A DNA stretch of 64,000 bases from Bacteroidales bacterium. Lineage in GTDB: Bacteria; Bacteroidota; Bacteroidia; Bacteroidales; FEN-979. The notes under the pieces are model-generated. The model did no database searches, was not told where the DNA came from, and worked only from the letters and a program-made list of their open reading frames with translations. The stretch lies in contig JAUXWT010000085.1 in the NCBI GenBank assembly GCA_030681475.1, forward strand, positions 4,226-68,225. Reading direction: 5' to 3'. Position numbers and translations under genes: made by a program. Of this stretch, positions 1-7,883 are shown piece by piece (the stretch's first letter is position 1; each line of letters opens with the position of its first letter).

Positions 1-658
1 TCGTAAAAATGAAACTCTCCGGTAGTAGCTCCTTCAGGATACCAAATTTGGTTTTAAGAATAATGACAGAATCAGAAACATCTTCAACTGTTGCTCCTGA
101 AATTTTAAAACGAATCTTATTTATATCGCCATCCGGAGAAATGATAAAATTATACTTGAACCCATGCTCTTTATCAAAAAGGAATTCAAGGTCAATTCCG
201 GGATAGAGATTATGATAAACGATTTTTTTATATGCGCTGACCCCTAAAATGCCCTGTTCGGGTGTTCCGGCAGTATAATAGTTAAATCTTGTATTAATTT
301 TTTCTGAGGTAATAATTTTAAATTCAGTATTGATCTCTTTGAAATTGAAATCAATCCTTGAAAAACTTAATATTTTTAAACTGTCAGAAAAATCTTTGTC
401 CGCCTGCATCAGGTCATATGAAAAACCTGAATTCCTTAACTGAACATTCATCCCCGGGGTATTTAACAGGTATAGTACAGAAGGGTTGGGGTTATTGTTC
501 TGATCGATGATCTGGCCTTTGTTTTCAACAAATCCTGTGCGATGTTTTAATCCCTCCTTATTAATGGGGATTTCATTTTTTGAATTGGCAATCATAGGAA
601 GAATGAATACAATCAAAAAGATGCAATGGGAAAATCGATATGGTATTCTATTTCTCAT
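1..658 (-). CDS. Secreted protein, N-terminal part only (runs off the left edge); DUF7948/SBBP-repeat-like N-terminus
   Basis: Minus-strand frame is open from ATG (658-656) to position 1. It is absent from the ORF track because it has no stop in the window. Hand translation MRNRIPYRFSHCIFLIVFILPMIANS... gives a signal peptide followed by GFVENKGQ, a motif typical of N-termini of large Bacteroidota beta-propeller surface proteins. The frame was checked at both ends and in the middle. Confidence 0.5.
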   Translation of the reverse strand, partial: MRNRIPYRFSHCIFLIVFILPMIANSKNEIPINKEGLKHRTGFVENKGQIIDQNNNPNPSVLYLLNTPGMNVQLRNSGFSYDLMQADKDFSDSLKILSFSRIDFNFKEINTEFKIITSEKINTRFNYYTAGTPEQGILGVSAYKKIVYHNLYPGIDLEFLFDKEHGFKYNFIISPDGDINKIRFKISGATVEDVSDSVIILKTKFGILKELLPESFIFT

Positions 659-834
659 TTTTTTATTCTTACCCACCCAATTAACATTTGTTTATCTAGT
701 CCTTAAAACACCTAATTGGAAACGCATTCGCCCTCTATGCCGGGGACGATGAAACTGAATTTGGTCACAGTTTGCACCTGCCCATTGCCAATGATTAGTT
801 TCACTTTCATATTTGTTACCAATCAATTATCAGT

Positions 835-1851
835 TTACATCCGGTTAATTCTCGCTTTTAATTCGTGAAGCCGCCCCATCAGTTTATTGAACGGGAGTGA
901 AGTGCGATTAAACATGCTTTCCCGCATGGCAACATAATCTTTTTCCCATTCATCCAAGATGGCATCCGGTGGTATCAGGTTTATTTTATCGGGAGTATGG
1001 TTGGCGTAATCAATACCCCGCAAAGGCGTAATTGTTTCTCGATGATCAACGATAGTCTGATACATTTCCTTGTTCCCGAGTGCGGATTTGGCGTATCCTG
1101 TGTCCATCAGTTTCTCCAGATCATACAAGTGTCTGCTTTTCCTTTCCACTTTTATTTTTTTAACAGGTTGCTGAAATTCTTCGTGTAATAAAAAAATCTT
1201 TTCCAGGAAGGTTCTTTCAGGTCTGACGGTGGGAATAGTTATTAGTTCATCGGCAAAGGGCCGGCCTTTGAAATGTTCACCAACGAATGATGTAAAACTG
1301 CATTTTTCGAAAGGCTCGATCATTGAACGGCTTCCCACTTCAATTAATACCCTGGGCTGCAAATACGGAATGGGTTCGGTAACGGTAGGGAAATAAATTT
1401 CTATGATAAGGGGGTCTTGGTCATGGCTCTTAATTTCACCTAATTGAATAGTTACATTAGCGAGACCTGCATCGAAGAATTTCTTTTTGAGTTCCGGGAA
1501 ATATTTCTCTGAAATAAACTGAAAGGACTGTTCTCTGAGCTTCCTTACCCGGGAACTGTTCATTTCTTTATCCTGTTTGTCAAAACCCAATAACTTTCTG
1601 TCCAGTGCAAGGTCAATATCCTCCGAAAAACGGTCTATCAATCCCCATGCCTTGCTTAACGAAGTTCCTCCTTTGAAAACTGTATGTGGGGCAATAGATG
1701 TGTTAAACACAAGATCAATGGTGCGAACGACCCACCAGTCTTTTTCTGAGGCGGCATCCGGTAAACCAATAGCCGCCGATGTTTCCGCAAATATGTTACG
1801 CCTGGTCTGGTCGGTCAGTTTAAGCCATTCCTTTAATATTGCAGGATTCAT
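835..1851 (-). CDS. abiEii: AbiEii/AbiGii-family nucleotidyltransferase toxin (type IV toxin-antitoxin / abortive infection)
   Basis: 338-aa ORF. The block FKGGTSLSKAWGLIDRFSEDIDL matches the nucleotidyltransferase core of the DUF1814/AbiEii family. It has a 4-nt ATGA overlap with the upstream partner gene. Confidence 0.8.
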   Translation of the reverse strand: MNPAILKEWLKLTDQTRRNIFAETSAAIGLPDAASEKDWWVVRTIDLVFNTSIAPHTVFKGGTSLSKAWGLIDRFSEDIDLALDRKLLGFDKQDKEMNSSRVRKLREQSFQFISEKYFPELKKKFFDAGLANVTIQLGEIKSHDQDPLIIEIYFPTVTEPIPYLQPRVLIEVGSRSMIEPFEKCSFTSFVGEHFKGRPFADELITIPTVRPERTFLEKIFLLHEEFQQPVKKIKVERKSRHLYDLEKLMDTGYAKSALGNKEMYQTIVDHRETITPLRGIDYANHTPDKINLIPPDAILDEWEKDYVAMRESMFNRTSLPFNKLMGRLHELKARINRM

Positions 1852-2459
1852 TCTTTGTCGTCATTTATCACCTGTTGCATGATTTGTCTTATCCATTCCG
1901 GAGCAAGACGTATATCATGCTGTAGATGAGTGATTTTTTCTTTTTTTAGCAATAACTGAATTTTCTCTGTCTCATATGGTGTCGCTTTGTCCTTTCCAAT
2001 GGTTTTTAAAGCTTGGATAACTAAGCTGCTAATTGCGCCAATTGCCGATACATTTTTAGGGGTGGCTTTTTTAAAGGTAATTGTCCGGTTGCCCACTTTA
2101 ACTTTTCGAGCCGCTCCATCGGTAAGATACACCAGGTTCATGGAAACTTGCGTTGATAAACCCAGTCTGTTCAGGGCATATACTCCTGTGGGAATAATCC
2201 GGGCTTTGTCCCTTCTTGCAATGGCTTTAGCAATAGCTTCAATGCCTGGAGTGACTTGGCCGATAACAGGGTCTATCTCCGGCCTTACATAGATACCTGT
2301 TGCAATTCTTACCAGCTCACCAGATTTAACAAGACGTTGCAGCGCTTTACGCACAGCTTCTGAGTTGCCTTTAGAAATGAAATCATCACCAAAAAATAGC
2401 GTACCCCTCCTGGCTTTTTTAATTTTTATAAGTATCAGTTCTGCAATCTTATTAGTCAT
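1848..2459 (-). CDS. abiEi: AbiEi-like antitoxin / transcriptional autoregulator (DUF6088-type)
   Basis: The ORF in the track extends to 2516. The internal Met (MTNKIAELIL...) at 2459 is preferred because an inverted repeat and a -7 box lie between the two candidate starts. The segment KALQRLVKSGELVRIATGIYVRP is the winged-helix-like N-terminal signature of AbiEi-type antitoxins. The gene is translationally coupled to the toxin. Confidence 0.7.
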   Translation of the reverse strand: MTNKIAELILIKIKKARRGTLFFGDDFISKGNSEAVRKALQRLVKSGELVRIATGIYVRPEIDPVIGQVTPGIEAIAKAIARRDKARIIPTGVYALNRLGLSTQVSMNLVYLTDGAARKVKVGNRTITFKKATPKNVSAIGAISSLVIQALKTIGKDKATPYETEKIQLLLKKEKITHLQHDIRLAPEWIRQIMQQVINDDKE

Positions 2460-2474
2460 AATATGTAAAATTAA

Positions 2475-2503
2475 TGTCCCAAATTTAGTAAATATTTGGG
2501 ACA
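2475..2503 (-). promoter_or_regulatory. Inverted repeat (10-bp arms TGTCCCAAAT / ATTTGGGACA, 9-nt spacer) overlapping a TAAATTTG -7 box; candidate abiEi promoter/operator
   Basis: Arms read directly at 2475-2484 and 2494-2503. On the minus strand TAAATTTG (plus coordinates 2480-2487) fits the Bacteroidota TAnnTTTG -7 consensus. It lies about 20 nt upstream of the ATG at 2459. Confidence 0.45.
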
Positions 2504-2583
2504 CATATTTTAACATCCATTGTTCAATTGTATTAATTTTATGCTTGTGAGATAATATTTCCCACCTGAAGATTGTATTTTCC

Positions 2584-2606
2584 GTTGGTTACAATTTGTA
2601 ACCAAC
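2584..2606. promoter_or_regulatory. Perfect 23-bp palindrome GTTGGTTACAA-T-TTGTAACCAAC upstream of abiEi; candidate second operator
   Basis: 11-bp arms are exact reverse complements around a single central T. It lies about 125 bp upstream of the preferred abiEi start. Confidence 0.4.
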
Positions 2607-2936
2607 TCACTGCCTTCTTTCTTAAGCCTGTTTTTCAATAAAAAAATACCATTTTTTTGTTTGATCGTCCCATGGAGGACGTATTCTGTAATTGAATATT
2701 CCATTTCATTCAACATGCGATCACCAATGATTCAATGAATCCAATCCTTGGTTCAATCCCTCAAACACCTCACCGCAAAAGCATTTGCCCGGGATGCCGG
2801 ATACAATGAAACGGAATAATTGTATGAATTCATCCCGTACGACAAGATCTTAAACTGCCCCCAGAATGTTGAAGACCAGAAAATGGTGGCGAAGTCAATG
2901 AAACCAAATTCCCTGGTAAAGGATTATAGAAAAAAC

Positions 2937-3017
2937 AGCATTGTTTGCATTGCCTGCATTACCTGCATTGCCTGCATTGTTTGCACTGCCTGCATTGTTT
3001 GCACTGCCTGCATTCAG
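2937..3017 (+). repeat. Tandem array of about 9 copies of a 9-bp unit (TGCATTGCC and variants) upstream of ferritin
   Basis: Read directly: AGCATTGTT TGCATTGCC TGCATTACC TGCATTGCC TGCATTGTT TGCACTGCC TGCATTGTT TGCACTGCC TGCATTCAG. It produces the artefactual Cys/His/Leu-rich ORFs at 2820-3276. Confidence 0.9.
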
Positions 3018-3025
3018 AAATTCCG

Positions 3026-3033
3026 TATATTTG
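3026..3033 (+). promoter_or_regulatory. Candidate Bacteroidota -7 promoter box TATATTTG for ferritin
   Basis: Matches TAnnTTTG. It sits 23 nt upstream of the ATG at 3056 and immediately downstream of the 9-bp array. Confidence 0.4.
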
Positions 3034-3055
3034 TCTCCACTCAATCCCAAACAAA

Positions 3056-3595
3056 ATGATCACAAAAAACGTAGAAAAGGCGATCAACGAGCAGATCAAA
3101 CGAGAAGAGCACTCCTCGCGGATCTACCTGGCCATGGCCTCCTGGGCCGAACGGAACGGTTTTCCCGGCGCCGCGAACTGGCTGTATGCCCAAACAGAAG
3201 AAGAGCGTATCCACATGCTCAAACTGGTACATTACCTCAACGACCGTGGCGGATCCGCCATCATTCCCGCGCTTGAAGCCCCCGCGGCGAAGTTCAAATC
3301 ATTGCCTGATGTGTTTCAACAGGTATTGGAACACGAGGAGTATATTTCGGCTTCTATCAATGAACTTTACGCCACCTGCACCAAGGAGAAAGATTTTACT
3401 TCGGCAAATTACCTGCAATGGTACATAACCGAGCAGATTGAAGAGGAGAGTTCCGTTCGCAGCATCCTCGACCAGATCAATCTTGCAGGCAGCGAAAGAG
3501 GAGGCCAGTTCCTGATGGACAAGGAATTTAACGCGATGGCCGCTGCAAAACGGGCAGCCATGGCACTCAGCGGCGGCGCTAACGCAGTAACTTAA
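3056..3595 (+). CDS. ftnA: Ferritin (non-heme, bacterial Ftn type)
   Basis: MITKNVEKAINEQIKREEHSSRIYLAMASWAE...EEERIHMLKLVHYLNDRGG...QVLEHEEYIS...WYITEQIEEE is a typical ferritin four-helix ferroxidase pattern. The start is moved from 2945 to the Met at 3056, because the upstream part of the ORF is repeat translation. Confidence 0.9.
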   Translation: MITKNVEKAINEQIKREEHSSRIYLAMASWAERNGFPGAANWLYAQTEEERIHMLKLVHYLNDRGGSAIIPALEAPAAKFKSLPDVFQQVLEHEEYISASINELYATCTKEKDFTSANYLQWYITEQIEEESSVRSILDQINLAGSERGGQFLMDKEFNAMAAAKRAAMALSGGANAVT

Positions 3596-4133
3596 CCAGT
3601 TTATTGTACCAGGTTCGTCCGTACTTGCGGATCAATGCCCCTTCAAGGAATTGGTAAAGGGGTGTTTTTTCGTTGTGCCCTTTTACCAAGGCCTTTTGGC
3701 AGATGGGCCATTTGTGGTAGTTGAGCAGGTCATTTTCAGGGGTGGTCTTGATCCGGATGGGGTAGAGGTGGCATGAAATGGGTTTGGCGAACGGTATCTT
3801 TTTTTCCTGGAAAGCTTTTTCAATCGCACACCGGGCTATTCCGGCGTCAAAATAGACAAAGGCACACTCCTTCCCGTGGATCAGCGGGGTGACGAATTTT
3901 CCATCGGCATCATAATCGAACACCCCCAGCGCCTCCACCTCGTCTATGCCTTCCTGCATCATAAACGGCTTGATCTCCTCAATGTAATCCTCCAGCAGGG
4001 AGATCTCCTCCTCCTCGAGGGGCGCACCCGCATCTCCTTCTACGCAGCACCCTCCTTTGCACTTTTCCAGGTCGCAGGAGAAGAATACGGACTTTATTTC
4101 GTCGGAGAGGAGGGCTTTGTCTAAGTAAATCAT
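3579..4133 (-). CDS. DUF3109-family Cys-rich protein
   Basis: 184 aa with an N-terminal CDLEKCKGGCC cluster and further conserved Cys residues, resembling the Bacteroidota DUF3109 family. Its 3' end overlaps the ferritin 3' end by 17 nt (convergent). Confidence 0.7.
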   Translation of the reverse strand: MIYLDKALLSDEIKSVFFSCDLEKCKGGCCVEGDAGAPLEEEEISLLEDYIEEIKPFMMQEGIDEVEALGVFDYDADGKFVTPLIHGKECAFVYFDAGIARCAIEKAFQEKKIPFAKPISCHLYPIRIKTTPENDLLNYHKWPICQKALVKGHNEKTPLYQFLEGALIRKYGRTWYNKLVKLLR

Positions 4134-4148
4134 TGATAATTAATTAAA

Positions 4149-4211
4149 TAATGCAGGCAATGTAAGCAATGCAGACAATGCAAGCAATGCAAAAAATGCG
4201 GCCAATGAAGG
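4149..4211 (-). repeat. Tandem array of 7 copies of the same 9-bp unit (TGCATTGNN on the minus strand) upstream of the DUF3109 gene
   Basis: The plus strand reads AATGCAGGC AATGTAAGC AATGCAGAC AATGCAAGC AATGCAAAA AATGCGGCC AATGAAGGG. The reverse complement gives TGCATTGCT/TGCATTGTC units, the same motif and the same orientation relative to the gene as the ferritin array. Confidence 0.9.
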
Positions 4212-4272
4212 GAAAAAAGTTTTCAACAGGGGGTTCACTTTTGGGAAGTTGGCGGATTAAGTAAAAAAAGAG

Positions 4273-4341
4273 ATGAAAGATAATGCGATCAAAGATAGGA
4301 GTTTTGAGCTGGCGAAGGAAATTGTTTTTGTTTATCGATAA
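4273..4341 (+). pseudogene. 22-codon remnant resembling the N-terminus of a four-helix-bundle (23S rRNA intervening-sequence-type) protein
   Basis: Hand translation is MKDNAIKDRSFELAKEIVFVYR followed by a stop. The IKDRSFE.A..IV..Y pattern is characteristic of that family. It is truncated just upstream of the transposase gene. Confidence 0.3.
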
Positions 4342-4380
4342 CGGAAAAGAAAAATCACATTTCTAATAAAATTCGATCCT

Positions 4381-4854
4381 ATGGCCAATACGTACACCCA
4401 AATTCACATTCAGGTAATCTTTTCAGTGCAGTCCCGTGAATGCATCATAAGAAAATCCTGGAAAGATGAACTTTACAAATATATAACGGGGATTATCCAG
4501 AACCATAATCATAAAGTCTTGACAATTAATGGCATGCCAGATCATCTTCATGTGTTTTTTGGTATGAGGCCTACCCAGTCATTGTCCGGTTTGATGCAGG
4601 ATGTAAAGGGGGATTCTTCCCTTTGGATTAATAGAAAAGGATTTGTTCAGGGACGTTTTTCCTGGCAGGAAGGTTATGGGGCATTTTCATACAGCAAATC
4701 CAATGTTGATCATGTAATTGACTATATTAAAAATCAGGAGCATCATCATCGGAAGAAAACATTTTTAGAAGAGTATCGAGATTTTTTAAAAAAATTTGAG
4801 ATTGAGTATGATGAGCGGTACATTTTTAAGCCGATAGAATGGGATGTTGAATAA
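4381..4854 (+). CDS. IS200/IS605-family Y1 (HUH) transposase, REP-associated (RayT-like)
   Basis: 157 aa. It has the HUH motif in MPDHLHVFF, a catalytic-Tyr region WQEGYGAFSYS, and the C-terminal EYDERYIF tail common in Bacteroidota members. It is followed directly by hairpin repeats. Confidence 0.85.
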   Translation: MANTYTQIHIQVIFSVQSRECIIRKSWKDELYKYITGIIQNHNHKVLTINGMPDHLHVFFGMRPTQSLSGLMQDVKGDSSLWINRKGFVQGRFSWQEGYGAFSYSKSNVDHVIDYIKNQEHHHRKKTFLEEYRDFLKKFEIEYDERYIFKPIEWDVE

Positions 4855-4860
4855 TGCAGT

Positions 4861-5618
4861 GGTGCCGTCAGGCCCCGGATATGGGTAGAAATTTGAATTC
4901 CTCTGGATTTATTTCGTCCCGTACGGGACGAAATATTCAACGGTGCACGATTTTGCTACCCATATCCAATCCCTGACGGGATTGACGATAAATAGAAGAA
5001 CGTCGGTTTGGTATTCATATTCAATCCCTGACGGGATTGACGATAAATAGAAGAACGTCAGTTTGGTATTCATATCCAATCCGGGGATCATGATTTTTTG
5101 AAAGAGTTGAGATTGGGTTTGATGAATGGTCCATTTTTAAACCAGTAGCATGGGTTTGTGAATAATGCGGTGGTGCCGTCAGGCACCGGATATGGGTAGA
5201 AATTTGTATTTCCCGGGATATATTTCGTCCCGTACGGGACGAAATATTAAACGGGCGCCCGATTTTGCTACCCATATTCAATCCCTGGCGGGATTGACGA
5301 TAAATAGAAAACCAACGGATTTTTATTCATATCCAATCCGGGGATCATGGTTTGTTGAAAGAGTTGAGATTGGGTTTGACGAGCGGTACATGCTTAAACC
5401 GGTAGAATGGGATTTTGTATAATACCATGGTGCCGTCAGGCCCCGGATATGGGTAGAAATTTGTATTTCCCGGGATATATTTCGTCCCGTACGGGACGAA
5501 ATATTAAACGGGCGCCCGATTTTGCTACCCATATTCAATCCCTGGCGGAATTGACGATAAATATAAGAACGTCGGTTTGGTATTCATATTCAATCCCTGA
5601 CCGGATTGACGATAAATA
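4861..5618 (+). repeat. REP-like hairpin cluster: three 105-106-nt A modules, five about 55-nt B modules and two degenerate transposase 3' remnants
   Basis: A modules are at 4861-4965, 5172-5277 and 5429-5534. Each has outer arms ATATGGGTAG...CTACCCATAT enclosing the perfect palindrome TATTTCGTCCCGTACGGGACGAAATA (4910-4935, 5221-5246, 5478-5503). B modules are at 4966-5020, 5021-5075, 5278-5332, 5535-5589 and 5590-5618, each with a CAATCCC-TGAC-GGGATTG hairpin. Remnants at 5076-5165 and 5333-5424 translate to VEIGFDEWSIFKPVAWV / VEIGFDERYMLKPVEWDF, compared with FEIEYDERYIFKPIEWDV in the intact gene. Confidence 0.85.
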
Positions 5619-5628
5619 AATTACCGCT

Positions 5629-6234
5629 TTATTTGTACTTCCAATTCCGTGATTTCCCCTCACCAATCCACTCAACGGCTGTGGCGATACGCTTTTCGCG
5701 GGTCGCTTCCGTTTTGGCTTCGGTGATCCACATGATGTACTCCTTGCGGCGGGAATAAGGAAATTTTTCAAAGATTTCAACAGCCCCTATGTTTTGCTTA
5801 AGAGCAAGCAAAAGATCATCAGGTACAACAAGTTCCTTCTTCTCCTTTTCCGTCGGCTTTTTCTGCGTAACTTTTATTCCCTTGTCGTTAAGCCTCTTTG
5901 CCTCAAGCAGGTATTCCAGCAGGATCTCATCCGGCGGCAGGTCTTTGAGCGAACGGATCCGGCCGAAATGGCCCATGGCCTTCTCCTCTTTTTCGCCGAG
6001 CAGTTTGTGCGGATCGGCCATGATTTTTGCTTTCCAGAATGTAAAGGCACAATGTTCCTTGAAACCGGCCATGCTGGTATAAACGCCTTTATAATCGAAG
6101 TGGGGAAATCCCCATTTCAGTTTCTCCTCCACCTCCGGACAGGCCTGGTGGACCAGCGCCCTCAGGTGGTTCAGGACGGGTTTTGCAAAGTCGGCAAAGG
6201 CCGCGATGTATTTATCTAATCGCTGGTCTTTCAT
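5629..6234 (-). CDS. DUF1801 / YdeI-OmpD-associated family protein
   Basis: 201 aa. The N-terminus resembles YdhG/DUF1801 (KWGFPHFDYKG) and the C-terminus is YdeI-like (FPYSRRKEYIMWITEAKTEATREKRI). It has an ATGA overlap with the upstream gene. Confidence 0.65.
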   Translation of the reverse strand: MKDQRLDKYIAAFADFAKPVLNHLRALVHQACPEVEEKLKWGFPHFDYKGVYTSMAGFKEHCAFTFWKAKIMADPHKLLGEKEEKAMGHFGRIRSLKDLPPDEILLEYLLEAKRLNDKGIKVTQKKPTEKEKKELVVPDDLLLALKQNIGAVEIFEKFPYSRRKEYIMWITEAKTEATREKRIATAVEWIGEGKSRNWKYK

Positions 6235-7292
6235 GGCAATTGGGAGATCATTTTGCGTGATGGTCTGTAACGCCTCCAGAATTTATACCTGGTGACGGAA
6301 GTATAGTAAAAAAGTTGCCTGATAACGGGGATCCGTAGCAAATAATGGAATAACCGGTAAGAGATGACCATCACCAGAAAGGTAAGCGCCCACCCGGTGA
6401 TGTTGACGCCTGCCTGTGCCCAGCCATTTCCTGCCGGTATCGTGATGAACCTGCCCACCCATTGCCAGAACCAGATCATGATGCCCATGTTGAGCAGGCA
6501 CATGATGCCGATGATGTATCCATGGGCGGTTTCGATGGCCCTTTTCGGGCAGTTGTTCATGCAGCGCATGCAGCTTTCGCAGCGGTATGACCAAAACGGG
6601 CGGTTATCAACCGTAAGAATGGCTTTCACCGGGCAGTTGTCGATGCAAATGTTACATTTGTCGCAGGCATCGGTGGCATAGAAGGATTTGGCCAGGATGA
6701 ACCGGCCGATGAAGAAATAACCGATGCTTACCGGGGTGATCAAAATATCCTGGATGATGTCGCGGAAAGCGGTATACACTTTTTTCCCGTCAAGGATCTT
6801 GCCCGCAAATTTTACGGTGATCCCTTTGCAGCGCTCATACATGGATGCCACGACCTTTTCCTTCAGGCCGGGATGAAAGGATATCCAGTTGGAGGGCAGG
6901 TCGATGGAACGGAGGCCAACGATGCTGTATCCCTTCAGGAACAGCACCAGGGCGGAGAGCCAGAGGGCTATCCCGCTCAACCCGGGAAGGAACCATTTCG
7001 AAAGCTTCATCCCTGCCCTCGTGTTCATCAGGAAGACCCGGTTTCCATTCGATTTCGGAAAACGGAAGATAAAGTACATCATCGCCGGGGGATAGTTGAA
7101 CCCGTGGGTGGGCGATATGAAACCCACCAGCGAACCGGGTGGTGGCGGCAGGATCTTTTTCCGGTCAATTTTCGCGATATCAATGGTCTCAGCCGGGATG
7201 GTCTTATCCGTTGCAACGCCGGCAAACCAATGTGCCACATTACGGGCGTTCCCGGTGCCTGAAAAGAAATAGATTGTGAGCGGACCAATCAT
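6231..7292 (-). CDS. EFR1-family ferredoxin (flavodoxin-like N-terminus, 2x[4Fe-4S] motif, membrane C-terminus)
   Basis: N-terminal IYFFSGTGNARNVA. Two CxxCxxCxxxCP motifs (CDKCNICIDNCP, CESCMRCMNNCP). Hydrophobic C-terminal segments. Confidence 0.65.
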   Translation of the reverse strand: MIGPLTIYFFSGTGNARNVAHWFAGVATDKTIPAETIDIAKIDRKKILPPPPGSLVGFISPTHGFNYPPAMMYFIFRFPKSNGNRVFLMNTRAGMKLSKWFLPGLSGIALWLSALVLFLKGYSIVGLRSIDLPSNWISFHPGLKEKVVASMYERCKGITVKFAGKILDGKKVYTAFRDIIQDILITPVSIGYFFIGRFILAKSFYATDACDKCNICIDNCPVKAILTVDNRPFWSYRCESCMRCMNNCPKRAIETAHGYIIGIMCLLNMGIMIWFWQWVGRFITIPAGNGWAQAGVNITGWALTFLVMVISYRLFHYLLRIPVIRQLFYYTSVTRYKFWRRYRPSRKMISQLP

Positions 7293-7438
7293 AGCAAATG
7301 AAAAAAAGAATAATTTTGGTTCAAGGGATAAAGGTAAAAAAAATTACGACCTCGAAATGTTGCCTTGTTTATCTCAAGGGTTAATTTTTTTTTCAGGATA
7401 TTCGTAAAAAACATATATTTGATAAAAATATCGTTCCC

Positions 7439-7840
7439 ATGAACACACTACTGTCGGTTTTTTTAATTTTCGGGCTGGGAGTCACAGAATTCACACTCAT
7501 ATTATTGATCCTGTTCGTTCCTTATTTCATCCCCTCGATTATTGCAAGAAACAAAGTCAATTTCACCGGTATCCTGTTGCTGAACATTTTCCTGGGATGG
7601 ACCCTTTTAGGCTGGGTTGGCGCATTGATCTGGGCCATTACAGACAAATCACGGGAAGAAATGAACAGGACGGTCAAGATGGAGATAAATCCGGCAAACA
7701 CGCAAAAGAAATTCAAATGCAGATTTTGCGGATTTGAACACTATGAACTGACCACTTTTTGTCCGGTTTGTGCAAAAGATGAAAATGGGTTTACACTTGA
7801 GGAATATCGAAAAAAAACCTCCTCAACGGATAAATCCTAA
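7439..7840 (+). CDS. Superinfection-immunity-family small membrane protein with C-terminal zinc ribbon
   Basis: YFIPSIIARNK...ILLLNIFLGWTLLGWVGALIWAI matches the Imm_superinfect signature. The C-terminus has CRFCG...CPVC. A TATATTTG -7 box lies at 7414-7421. Confidence 0.55.
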   Translation: MNTLLSVFLIFGLGVTEFTLILLILFVPYFIPSIIARNKVNFTGILLLNIFLGWTLLGWVGALIWAITDKSREEMNRTVKMEINPANTQKKFKCRFCGFEHYELTTFCPVCAKDENGFTLEEYRKKTSSTDKS

Positions 7841-7883
7841 CACAATTTGCTTACTTGCCGGATTAAAAGGAGATTGAAAACCC

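Noticed and set aside
2820-3276. Cys/His/Leu-rich ORFs (79, 111 aa, and the first 37 codons of the 216-aa ORF) that look like metal-binding peptides
   Set aside because: They are simply three-frame translations of the 9-bp tandem array. The ferritin homology begins only at the Met at 3056.
4861-5618. Possible CRISPR array (regularly spaced palindromic repeats)
   Set aside because: There are no unique spacers. The intervening segments are themselves repeated or are degenerate transposase 3' ends. The repeat units are 55 and 105 nt, and no cas genes are present. The small ORFs listed here (4909-5780) are repeat translations.
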